NCBI GenBank assembly: GCA_934122275.1
Contig: CAKOWI010000002.1
Coordinates: 64,762-128,761 of the forward strand
DNA from: an uncultured Bacilli bacterium
GTDB taxonomy: Bacteria; Bacillota_I; Bacilli_A; RF39; UBA660
DNA length: 64,000 bases
Direction of reading: 5' to 3'
Shown: piece after piece, positions 1-8,257 of the stretch
How the letters are laid out: each line of letters starts with the position of its first letter
Numbering within the stretch: position 1 is the stretch's first letter
The notes under the pieces: model-generated
The model's database searches: none
What the model saw: the letters and a program-made list of their open reading frames with translations, nothing else
What the model was told of the DNA's origin: nothing
Made by a program: the position numbers and the translations under genes

Positions 1-10
1 GATAGGTAAT

Positions 11-280
11 ATGGAAAGTATATTAGATGATGTTTTTATGGATTCTTATCCTAAATTAGATCTTCATGGTGAAACAAGGCAGTCAGCTAGAATTTTGGTA
101 AATGATTTTATAAGAGATAATCAGTTTTTAAAAAACTATAAATTATTAATCGTTCATGGAATAGGAACTGGTGCGATAAAAGATGAGGTAAATAAAGCAC
201 TTAAATGTAATAAAAGTGTTTTAAGTTATCATTTAAATCACTATAATAGTGGATGCACTATAGTTTATCTTAAGAAATAG
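11..280 (+). CDS. Smr-domain small protein
   Basis: 89-aa ORF. 'LDLHGETRQSA...LLIVHGIGTGAIKDEVNKAL' matches the Smr-domain signature (LDLHG...HGKG-like). Confidence 0.55.
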   Translation: MESILDDVFMDSYPKLDLHGETRQSARILVNDFIRDNQFLKNYKLLIVHGIGTGAIKDEVNKALKCNKSVLSYHLNHYNSGCTIVYLKK

Positions 281-299
281 AATGAATTTGCTTGCTAAA

Positions 300-397
300 T
301 GTATAAATATGTGTTAAAATCTATTTGTTTTAAAGAAGGCAATCCGCCGCATGTATCTTTTGCATGATTGCTGGTTATATAGAAAGGAAGAGTTATA
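300..397 (+). promoter_or_regulatory. Structured 5' leader upstream of rplS (possible L19 autoregulatory leader)
   Basis: Locally GC-richer segment 'ggcaatccgccgcatg...catgattgctgg' with inverted repeat gcaatc/gattgc immediately upstream of the rplS RBS. Confidence 0.25.
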
Positions 398-736
398 ATG
401 AATAAAATTGAAAAAATTACAAGTAAACAATTAAATCCTTCTGTAGCTGAATTTAGAGTAGGTGATACTGTTAAAGTTGGTGTTAGAATAATAGAAGGAA
501 AAAAAGAGAGAGTTCAAGCATTTGAAGGTATAGTAATATCACGTAAAGGAACTGGTGTTTCTGAAACATTTACAGTTCGTAAGATGTCTTCTGGTATAGG
601 TGTTGAAAGAACATTCCCTGTACATTCTCCTAAACTTGATTCAATTGAAGTTACAAGAAAAGGAAAAGCAAGAAGAGCTAAATTGTACTATGCTAGAGAT
701 ATCGTTGGTCAATTTAAACTTAAAGAGAGAAATTAA
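398..736 (+). CDS. rplS: 50S ribosomal protein L19
   Basis: 112 aa; 'RVGDTVKV...FEGIVI...[11 protein letters not shown]' is typical of L19; RBS 'aggaag' upstream. Confidence 0.95.
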   Translation: MNKIEKITSKQLNPSVAEFRVGDTVKVGVRIIEGKKERVQAFEGIVISRKGTGVSETFTVRKMSSGIGVERTFPVHSPKLDSIEVTRKGKARRAKLYYARDIVGQFKLKERN

Positions 737-737
737 T

Positions 738-760
738 AAGGCTTTTTGTGCCTTATTTTT
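738..760 (+). terminator. Rho-independent terminator after rplS
   Basis: Hairpin aaggc-tttttgtg-cctt followed by a T-run. Confidence 0.55.
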
Positions 761-774
761 AATTAGGTGAGATT

Positions 775-1287
775 ATGAATAATAAAAAGGTTAAAAAAAT
801 ATTGAAGAATGTATATCCTTATATAATAGTAGTTATAGTAGTTATAATTATTAGAAGCTTTTTTGTAACACCTGCAATAGTTGATGGAAATTCTATGAAT
901 CCAACTTTATATAATAACAATATAATATTACTAAATAAATTAGATTATAAATTAAATGAAATTAAGAGATTTGATGTTGTAGTTGTAAAAGTTAAAAATG
1001 AAAAACTTATAAAAAGGGTAATAGGACTTCCTGGTGAATATGTTGAGTATAAGGACAATAATTTGTATGTAGATGGTTTTTTGATTGATGAAAAATTTAA
1101 ACATGTTACTACATCTGACTTTAAATTAGAAACATTAGGATATTTAAAAATTCCAGGTGATAAATACTTTGTGGTTGGTGATAATAGAAATAATTCAGTA
1201 GACTCAAGGGTAATAGGCCTTATTGATAAAAGTGATATACTAGGCAGTGTATCATATAAAATTATACCTGTAGGTAAAGTAAAATAA
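775..1287 (+). CDS. lepB: Signal peptidase I
   Basis: N-terminal TM segment, 'DGNSMNPTL' (box B Ser) and 'GDNRNNSVDSR' (box E) motifs. Confidence 0.9.
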   Translation: MNNKKVKKILKNVYPYIIVVIVVIIIRSFFVTPAIVDGNSMNPTLYNNNIILLNKLDYKLNEIKRFDVVVVKVKNEKLIKRVIGLPGEYVEYKDNNLYVDGFLIDEKFKHVTTSDFKLETLGYLKIPGDKYFVVGDNRNNSVDSRVIGLIDKSDILGSVSYKIIPVGKVK

Positions 1288-1296
1288 CTAAAATAA

Positions 1297-1322
1297 ATCC
1301 TAGAAAATGTCTAGGATTTTTA
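1297..1322 (+). terminator. Rho-independent terminator after lepB
   Basis: atcctag-aaaatgt-ctaggat hairpin plus T-run. Confidence 0.6.
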
Positions 1323-1373
1323 TATGGACTAAAAAATTTATGTATGATATTATAAAATTAATGGAGGTGTAAA

Positions 1374-1730
1374 ATGAAACACGAAATGAGACTTAATAGT
1401 GAACCTTATAATTGTATAAAAAGTGGCACAAAAACCATAGAATTAAGATTAAATGATGATAAGAGAAAAAAGATAAAAAAGGATGACATAGTTGAATTCA
1501 CCAATAGAGATACAAACGAAAAAATGCTAGTAATAGTAGAAGATTTATTTATGTATCCAAGCTTTGAAGAATTATATAAACATTTTGATAAGGTATCACT
1601 TGGTTATAAAGAAAATGAAGATGCAAATTACAAAGATATGGAAGAGTATTATTCTAAAGAAAATCAGAAAAAATATGGAGTTTTAGGTATAAAAATTAAG
1701 AAAGTTGATGGTATAAATTGTGAAAAATAA
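1374..1730 (+). CDS. ASCH-domain protein
   Basis: 118 aa, RBS 'ggaggtg'. 'MRLNSEPYNCIKSGTKTIELRLNDDKR' resembles the ASCH-domain N-terminus (by memory). Confidence 0.5.
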   Translation: MKHEMRLNSEPYNCIKSGTKTIELRLNDDKRKKIKKDDIVEFTNRDTNEKMLVIVEDLFMYPSFEELYKHFDKVSLGYKENEDANYKDMEEYYSKENQKKYGVLGIKIKKVDGINCEK

Positions 1731-2085
1731 AAAGACAAAAGTGTTAATGGTTATAGTATTAATTTTACTTTTTATAGTGCTAATTTATTTTTTTAATTAT
1801 AAATGTGATTTTAATGGAACTTGGGTTAGAAATTTAAATACAGATGGAGAGACAATATATTTTGGAAAACTAGGTCATTTTTCTTATTATACTTCTGAAG
1901 GTAATGCGGTTGGCGACTATGACTTATGTTCTTTTTATACTTATAATAAAAGAAGAAATTATATCAGATTATGGTGCGATAGCTCATTTGATGGAATAAA
2001 AAAATTAAAGATTTTGGATAAAAACTCTAAAAGGTTAAAAATTAGTTTTGATGGTGATATAAGGGTATTTGAAAAAGATGGATAG
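1720..2085 (+). CDS. Hypothetical membrane-anchored protein
   Basis: 121 aa; N-terminal hydrophobic helix 'VLMVIVLILLFIVLIYFF'; overlaps the previous stop by 11 nt (translational coupling). Confidence 0.5.
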   Translation: MKNKKTKVLMVIVLILLFIVLIYFFNYKCDFNGTWVRNLNTDGETIYFGKLGHFSYYTSEGNAVGDYDLCSFYTYNKRRNYIRLWCDSSFDGIKKLKILDKNSKRLKISFDGDIRVFEKDG

Positions 2086-2114
2086 TATTTTTAAAATTAT
2101 AGGAGATTTTATAT

Positions 2115-2552
2115 ATGGATAAGTATTATTTAGAGTTTTTGGATGAATTAGTTTATAGTTTGAGAAAATATGATGACTCAAAATGGAGTGATTGGATGTA
2201 CAAGAGTAGTTTAGCTTTTCGTCAAAGAGCTGAACTGAATTATTTTTTTAGTGCATTTGGTGGAGCTGGAAGTTTTAATGATAATTATTTTTCGGGTATA
2301 ACAACCGAATTAGCAAACATTGCCTATAAAATAGCTAGTTCATTACGTGATAATAGACAAGATGATATTATGTCTATTATCGCTGCAGAACAGAAAAGAT
2401 GCATTAATGTTTGTAATATGAAATATTCAACAGACAATGATAATGAATGTTTAAATTATATAAATTACCTTATTAATAATTATAATTTAGGGAATTTGCA
2501 TGATATAACAGAAGAATATAGAAATAATAAATGCATAAAATCAATGAAATAG
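2115..2552 (+). CDS. Hypothetical protein (3' end runs into a RhuM gene fragment)
   Basis: 145 aa, RBS 'aggag'. The C-terminal codons overlap a fragment homologous to the RhuM 3' end. Confidence 0.45.
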   Translation: MDKYYLEFLDELVYSLRKYDDSKWSDWMYKSSLAFRQRAELNYFFSAFGGAGSFNDNYFSGITTELANIAYKIASSLRDNRQDDIMSIIAAEQKRCINVCNMKYSTDNDNECLNYINYLINNYNLGNLHDITEEYRNNKCIKSMK

Positions 2553-2643
2553 CGTGTGATAAGGCATTAACAGAATTTGAAAAATATAAAGTCAAACAAT
2601 ATAGATTATATAAATCAGACTTTGATAATTTTTAAATGAAGCA
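2541..2643 (+). pseudogene. 3' fragment of a RhuM-family gene
   Basis: 'HKINEIACDKALTEFEKYKVKQYRLYKSDFDNF*' aligns with 'HKIACDKAITEFEKYRIIQDKLYESDFDKY' at 4966-5060; nucleotide identity is visible by eye. Confidence 0.6.
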
Positions 2644-2654
2644 AGAATGATAGG

Positions 2655-2690
2655 AAATGAAAGTGATTAAAATGGATATGTACCAAAAAA
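2655..2690 (+). repeat. Repeat copy A 'gaaagtgattaaaatggatatgtacc(a/t)aaaaag'
   Basis: A near-identical ~35-nt string recurs at 3788-3822; both copies begin short decayed ORFs 'MDMYQKRG..'/'MDMYLKRK..'. Confidence 0.6.
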
Positions 2691-2841
2691 GAGGAATGAG
2701 AAAGAATAAAAAAATGAATGAAGATATAAAAAGTTTACCATCAACTAGTATATACAGACTTATGGAAAAGTTTTATATGAAGCAATAAATGAGGATGTTA
2801 TAATGAAAAAAATTAAGATATAGAGAAGAATTTAAGATAAT

Positions 2842-3095
2842 ATGAACGAAGATGAATTAGTTGCTAATTTATTTAGAATAAATCAAACTAAGCAAAAACT
2901 GATAAGAGATAATGTAAAGGGTGAAAAAGCCGCTAAAGAAGTCCATTTTGAAGTTGGCAAAAGGTAAGAAAAGCAATTGCTGATATCGGTGGAATGATGC
3001 CTGAGGAAATGTCAACGCCAGAAAAAAAGCTTAAAAGAACTTGAAAGAGAAAAGAAACAAATAGAAAATAAAGAGAAAAGAAACTAGAAGAAATG
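2842..3095 (+). pseudogene. Frameshifted copy of the DinD-C-terminal-like mini-gene
   Basis: About 80% nt identity to 6614-6877 including the same 5' boundary ('ataatatgaaYgaagatgaattagttgctaatttatttagaataaatcaaactaagcaaaaac'); a 1-nt deletion (aaaaagtt→aaaaggt) introduces a stop. Confidence 0.6.
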
Positions 3096-3150
3096 AAATA
3101 AAAAAATTTTTAAATTCAATTATTGTAAAAAATAAAAGGAGGTATTTATT

Positions 3151-3783
3151 ATGAATAATAATAATTTAATAGAAATATTTTATTTAGAAACGCCATCTTT
3201 AGAACGCAAGAAAGAAATAATAGATTATATAAATGAATTTGTAAAATATAAATCAGACATTAATGGAACTGGAGCGTTGGATAAAATATTAGAAGGATAT
3301 ACTTTTGAACAGGCTTTAGAAAGATGTTTGAATATGGAAAATAGGGAATATGCAGAAGAAAATGGAAAATGCCAGGGAAAGACCTTTTTACTTATTAGAA
3401 AAAACGATAACAAAATTGTTGGAACAATCAACGTTAGATGGAATTTGACAGAAAAAATGAAACAATTTGGGGGAAATATTGGTTATGGAATAAGACCTAC
3501 TGAAAGAAGAAAAGGTTATAATAAGATAAATTTATATCTTGGATTGATTGAAGCAAAAAAGCTTGGACTGAATAAAGTAATGTTAGATTGTGACGTGGAA
3601 AATTTAGGTTCAAGTAAAACCATGGAAGCATTGGGTGGAAAGCTAGAAAGAACTGAAATTGATCCATATGATGGAATATTAACTAGTGTATATTGGATTA
3701 ATGTAGATGAATCACTTGAAAAATATAAAGATGAGTATGTTGATTTTATTGATGAAAGTTATGGAAATAAGTTTATAAAATGA
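3151..3783 (+). CDS. GNAT-family N-acetyltransferase (predicted)
   Basis: 210 aa, RBS 'aaaggaggt'. 'IVGTINVRWNL...GNIGYGIRPTERRKGY' is an acetyl-CoA-binding-like core. Confidence 0.7.
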   Translation: MNNNNLIEIFYLETPSLERKKEIIDYINEFVKYKSDINGTGALDKILEGYTFEQALERCLNMENREYAEENGKCQGKTFLLIRKNDNKIVGTINVRWNLTEKMKQFGGNIGYGIRPTERRKGYNKINLYLGLIEAKKLGLNKVMLDCDVENLGSSKTMEALGGKLERTEIDPYDGILTSVYWINVDESLEKYKDEYVDFIDESYGNKFIK

Positions 3784-3787
3784 TAAA

Positions 3788-3822
3788 GAAAGTGATTAAA
3801 ATGGATATGTACCTAAAAAGAA
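3788..3822 (+). repeat. Repeat copy B of the 2655 motif
   Basis: See 2655-2690. Confidence 0.6.
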
Positions 3823-4048
3823 AAGTCAGAGCAGAAAAGAAAAATGATGATAGTCAAAAAAGCTTTTCAAAAGTTTTCATTTCGTGGTAAAGAGCGACTT
3901 ATATAAACTCTCTTTAAAACCCTTATTTTATAAGGCTTTTAATTAAATTTCTTTTTACAATTTTTAATAAAAAATTAACAAAAATTATAAGGAAAGTTGG
4001 GTAAGAACTACTTAAAGAAACATTTATGATAAATAAAGGAGGTCATTT

Positions 4049-5103
4049 TATGAAAAAAATAGTATTACGATTAGATCAAGTGCTGCTGAATATCTGACTT
4101 TTATTGCCGCAACCGGAACTGATAAAGAAACAATTGAAGTAAGATATGAACATGAAAATATTTGGCTTACTCAAAAAATGTTATCAACTCTCTATAATGT
4201 AGAAATAAATACAATAAATTATCATATTAAAAAAATATATAATGATAATGAATTGAAAGAAGAATCAACTATTCGAAAATTTCGAATAGTTCAAAAGGAA
4301 GGAAATAGGAAAGTATCAAGGGATGTAGTTCATTATAATTTGCAAATGATTATAGCAATTGGATTTAAAGTGGATAATGAACGTGCAGTTCAATTTCGAA
4401 AATGGGTTAATGAAATAGTGAAAGAATATACTATTAAAGGTTTTGCAATGGATGATGAAAGACTAAAAAATGGTGGTTCTATTTTAACGGAAAAATATTT
4501 CGATGAATTACTTGAAAGAATTAGGGAAATAAGGCTCTCTGAAAGAAGATTTTACCAAAAAATAACTGATATATATGCTACAAGTATTGATTATGATAAA
4601 AACTCAAAAATAACTTTGGAATTTTTTAAAAAAGTTCAAAATAAAATGCACTATTCTGTAACTGAAAATACTGCAGCAGAAATTATATATAATGGGGCAG
4701 ATTCTAAGAAAGAACATATGGGGCTTACTAATTGGGAGGCATCACCAAATGGTAAAATTATCAAAAGTGATGTTGTTATTGCTAAAAATTATTAACTGAA
4801 GAAGAGTTATATTCATTAAGGAGAATTGTATCTGCTTATCTTGACTTAGCCGAAAGTATGGCAGTAAGACATTTACCTATGACAATGGAAGATTGGACTG
4901 ATAAATTAGATGAATTTTTAAAACTTACTGATAGAGAAATATTACAAGATGCTGGTAAAATATCACATAAAATAGCGTGTGATAAAGCAATAACTGAATT
5001 TGAAAAATATAGAATTATTCAAGATAAATTATATGAATCAGATTTTGATAAATATTTAATTGAGCTTGAAAAAGTTGAAAGAAGTGATGAAAATGAGCGA
5101 TAA
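4049..5103 (+). pseudogene. RhuM-family (virulence protein RhuM / DinD-associated) gene, disrupted by two frameshifts
   Basis: Three consecutive reading frames give 'IRSSAAEYLTFIAATG..IEVRYEHENIWLTQKML', then 4178-4795 (205 aa), then 'TEEELYSLRRIVSAYLDLAESMAVRHL..' (4797-5103). Frame changes occur at 4075-4085 and at a T-run at 4792-4797 ('tatta' where 'tattta' would restore the frame). Confidence 0.7.
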
Positions 5104-5275
5104 TAAAACAAATATCAACTGGTAAGTGGGGAGTTATGAAAAAACACTATTAAAACCTTGAAAATAAAAGAAAAAAATAAAATTTCTTTTTACATTTTAA
5201 ACATATTTTTACTTGAAAAGTGTTGAAAAAATAAATGTGCAGGAGTTATGAAAAACAATAGAAAGGATGTGAATT

Positions 5276-6286
5276 ATGCTAGATAAAAATTTTAAAGATA
5301 TTATTAGTAATATTAAAGAAGAAATTATAAATACGCAAATTAAAACTATGCAAGAAGTTAATAGTAATTTAATTATGTTGTATTTTAAATTAGGAAAAAT
5401 TGTTTCAGAAAACAAACAATATGGAAATAATTTTACGAAGCAAGTGTCAACAGAACTTAAATTAACTTTTCCTAATATGAAAGGTTTTTCTGAAAGAAAT
5501 ATAAGGTCAATGAGATTATTCTATGAAGAATATGCTGATGATAAAAAATGGCAACAACTTGTTGCCAAATTACCTTGGGGACATAATTTGTTACTAATTG
5601 AAAAAATTAAAGATAAGGATATTAGAAAAATATATGCCGAAAATACGATTAAAAATGGATGGAGTAGAAATGTACTAGCTATTCAAATTGAAACAGAATT
5701 TCATAAAAGAGTAGGAAATAGTAACAATAATTTTAATGCAATGTTACCTCCAAAAGATAGTGATTTAGTGAATAATACTATAAAAGATCCGTATATTTTT
5801 GATTTTATTACATTAAAAGAAGAATATAAGGAAAAAGAATTGGAAACAGCTTTAATAAATAAAATAAGAAATGTATTACTAGAATTAGGAAAAGGCTTTA
5901 GTTTTGTCGGAAATCAATACAAAATTTCAGTTGATAATCAAGATTTTTATATTGATTTGCTATTTTATCATTTGGAACTTAGATGTTATGTAGTTGTTGA
6001 ATTAAAAGCAAGTGAATTTAAACCAGAATATATAGGACAATTAGGATTTTATGTAACAGCAGTTAATGAAACAATAAAAAAAGAATGTGATGCACCTACG
6101 ATTGGTTTATTATTATGTAGAGGAAAGAATAGGTTGACGGTAGATTGGTCTTTGAAATCTACCAATGTCCCAATAGGTGTTTCAACTTATAAATTAAAAG
6201 AACAACTACCAAAAGAATTAATGGATAAATTACCAACAGAAGAAGAAATAAACCTATATTTAGATATAGATGAAACAAATGAATAG
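5276..6286 (+). CDS. DUF1016/YhcG-like PD-(D/E)xK nuclease-fold protein
   Basis: 336 aa. The C-terminal 'IDLLFYHLELRCYVVVELKASEFKPEYIGQLGFYV' fits the restriction-endonuclease-like D..E.K core typical of this family (by memory). Confidence 0.65.
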   Translation: MLDKNFKDIISNIKEEIINTQIKTMQEVNSNLIMLYFKLGKIVSENKQYGNNFTKQVSTELKLTFPNMKGFSERNIRSMRLFYEEYADDKKWQQLVAKLPWGHNLLLIEKIKDKDIRKIYAENTIKNGWSRNVLAIQIETEFHKRVGNSNNNFNAMLPPKDSDLVNNTIKDPYIFDFITLKEEYKEKELETALINKIRNVLLELGKGFSFVGNQYKISVDNQDFYIDLLFYHLELRCYVVVELKASEFKPEYIGQLGFYVTAVNETIKKECDAPTIGLLLCRGKNRLTVDWSLKSTNVPIGVSTYKLKEQLPKELMDKLPTEEEINLYLDIDETNE

Positions 6287-6607
6287 TGATTTGTGAGAAA
6301 AAAATAATGGAAAATGAATTTAAAAAATTACTAATAAAAGTTTAAAAATGAAAAATAAAATAATAAATACTTTTTTGATATTTCTATTTGGAGTGATACT
6401 AGGAGTATTCTCGAAATGGCTAGATAATTTAAGTATTGATGATTCTGTGTGGTGGCAACATATATTAGGAATATTGGATCTTCGTAATGTGTTTACTTTG
6501 TTTGGAATATGGCTGAATTTCATAATGCAGGATATAAAGGATAATATAATGGTGAAACCGCTGATGATATATTTAAAAGGAAAAAATTACGTTATAGAGA
6601 AGATATT

Positions 6608-6877
6608 TTGGATAATATGAATGAAGATGAATTAGTTGCTAATTTATTTAGAATAAATCAAACTAAGCAAAAACTTTTAAAAGATAATGTACAAGGTGAG
6701 AAAGAAGCAAAAGATGTACATTATGAGGTGGTAAAAAAAGTTAGAAAAGCAATCGCAGATATTGGCGGAATGATGCCTGAAGAAATGCCAACACCTAAAA
6801 AAAGCTTAAAAGAATTAGAAAGAGAAAAGAAAAAATTAGAAATAAAATTGCAAAAGAAACTTGAAGGAATAAAATAG
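6608..6877 (+). CDS. DinD C-terminal-domain-like small protein
   Basis: 89 aa. 'LFRINQTKQKL...HYEVVKKVRKAIADIGGMMPEEMPTPKKSLKELEREKKK' resembles the C-terminal region of DNA-damage-inducible protein D (by memory). Confidence 0.6.
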   Translation: MDNMNEDELVANLFRINQTKQKLLKDNVQGEKEAKDVHYEVVKKVRKAIADIGGMMPEEMPTPKKSLKELEREKKKLEIKLQKKLEGIK

Positions 6878-6885
6878 GAGGAATA

Positions 6886-7455
6886 ATGTCTTTAAAATAT
6901 ATAAATAACATTGAATATGCAAATGAAATAGAAAAATTATATTTAAATTCGTTTCCTAAAGAAGAAAGATTTCCTTTTTGGATACTAGAAGAGTGCTCTA
7001 AAGAAAATAATTCTGATTTATATGCAATTATTGATAATGGTAAATTTGTTGGAATGTGTTATATTGTTAATTGTGTTAGTGCATATTATCTTATGTATTT
7101 AGCAGTAGAACCGAATTTAAGAAACCAAAATTATGGTTCTAGAATATTAAAGGATTTGAAAGAAAAATATAAAGTATTATTTTTATCAATTGATTCACCT
7201 GTTGATAATATAAGTGTTATACGTAAAAATTTTTATTTAAAAAATGGTTTTTATGATACTAATAAATTTTATCAAGATACTGGTATTAATTATGAAGTAT
7301 TATGTACTGATGATAGATATGAAATAACTGATAATATTATGAAGATGAGATATACTAATATGACAAACAATTCTAAAATATTTAATAAAATATCAAATAC
7401 ATTTAATGTTGGTATAATAAATATAAAAATAAAAAAAGAGTTATCAAAAAAATGA
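6886..7455 (+). CDS. GNAT-family acetyltransferase (predicted)
   Basis: 189 aa, RBS 'aggagg'. 'MCYIVNCVSAYYLMYLAVEPNLRNQNYGSRIL' is a GNAT motif A-like segment. Confidence 0.65.
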   Translation: MSLKYINNIEYANEIEKLYLNSFPKEERFPFWILEECSKENNSDLYAIIDNGKFVGMCYIVNCVSAYYLMYLAVEPNLRNQNYGSRILKDLKEKYKVLFLSIDSPVDNISVIRKNFYLKNGFYDTNKFYQDTGINYEVLCTDDRYEITDNIMKMRYTNMTNNSKIFNKISNTFNVGIINIKIKKELSKK

Positions 7456-7473
7456 GAAGATAAAAAGTAAGAA

Positions 7474-7755
7474 ATGAAAATAAAGAGGAAAATAGAAATG
7501 AAAAATGATGATATAATTGAATTATTAGCCGCTTATGAACATGATAGATGGTCGAGATGGCAAAAATATTTGTTTAATAAATGTATAGTTAATGAGGACG
7601 AGACTTTAACTATACCAAAGGAATTAGTCAATAGATGGACAAGACAAATAAACACTGATTATAAAGATTTATCAGAAAAAGAAAAAGATTCTGATAGAAA
7701 AGAAGCAATTAGAATTATGGAATGTATCAAAGATAAGGTGAATTATAATGAGTAA
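7474..7755 (+). CDS. Hypothetical small protein (first gene of an overlapping pair)
   Basis: 93 aa; its stop overlaps the next start by 8 nt. Confidence 0.5.
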   Translation: MKIKRKIEMKNDDIIELLAAYEHDRWSRWQKYLFNKCIVNEDETLTIPKELVNRWTRQINTDYKDLSEKEKDSDRKEAIRIMECIKDKVNYNE

Positions 7756-8248
7756 AGGAATAATAGTTGCAGGATTTGGAGCAATTGGTAAAACAACTCT
7801 TGGAAATAAATATGATAATATTATTGATTTGGAATCAGGTTATTATCAATGGGATAATAAAGGATTTGAAGATATACCTTATGAACAAAGAAAAGGAAAG
7901 AAAGATAGACCCAAAAATAAAGAGTGGCCAACTAATTATCATCATGCGGTTATAGAAGCACAAAATAAATATGATGTGGTATTAACATCAATGCATTGGC
8001 ACTTATTAGATTTTTTTGAAGAAAATAATATAGAATACTATTTAGCATATCCAACTTTGGATAGTGAAAAAGTATTGGAAGAAAGATGTTATGCTAGAGG
8101 AAATAATAATATATTTACAGATAAATTAAAAATAAATTTATATAATTGGAATGAAATAATAAAAGATTATCATCCAAAAAAATTATTGATTATTCAAAAA
8201 AATGAATATCTCGAAGATGTGTTAAAAAATAATGGAATTATTAATTAA
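7748..8248 (+). CDS. P-loop NTPase/kinase-like protein
   Basis: 166 aa; Walker A 'GFGAIGKTT' at the N-terminus. Confidence 0.6.
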   Translation: MSKGIIVAGFGAIGKTTLGNKYDNIIDLESGYYQWDNKGFEDIPYEQRKGKKDRPKNKEWPTNYHHAVIEAQNKYDVVLTSMHWHLLDFFEENNIEYYLAYPTLDSEKVLEERCYARGNNNIFTDKLKINLYNWNEIIKDYHPKKLLIIQKNEYLEDVLKNNGIIN

Positions 8249-8257
8249 TAAAAGGAA

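Noticed and set aside
6348-6620. 90-aa hydrophobic ORF between the DUF1016 gene and the DinD-C mini-gene
   Set aside because: It overlaps the conserved upstream region shared by the two DinD-C copies, has no convincing RBS, and its composition looks like chance AT-rich coding. It is not called as a gene, though a small membrane protein cannot be excluded.
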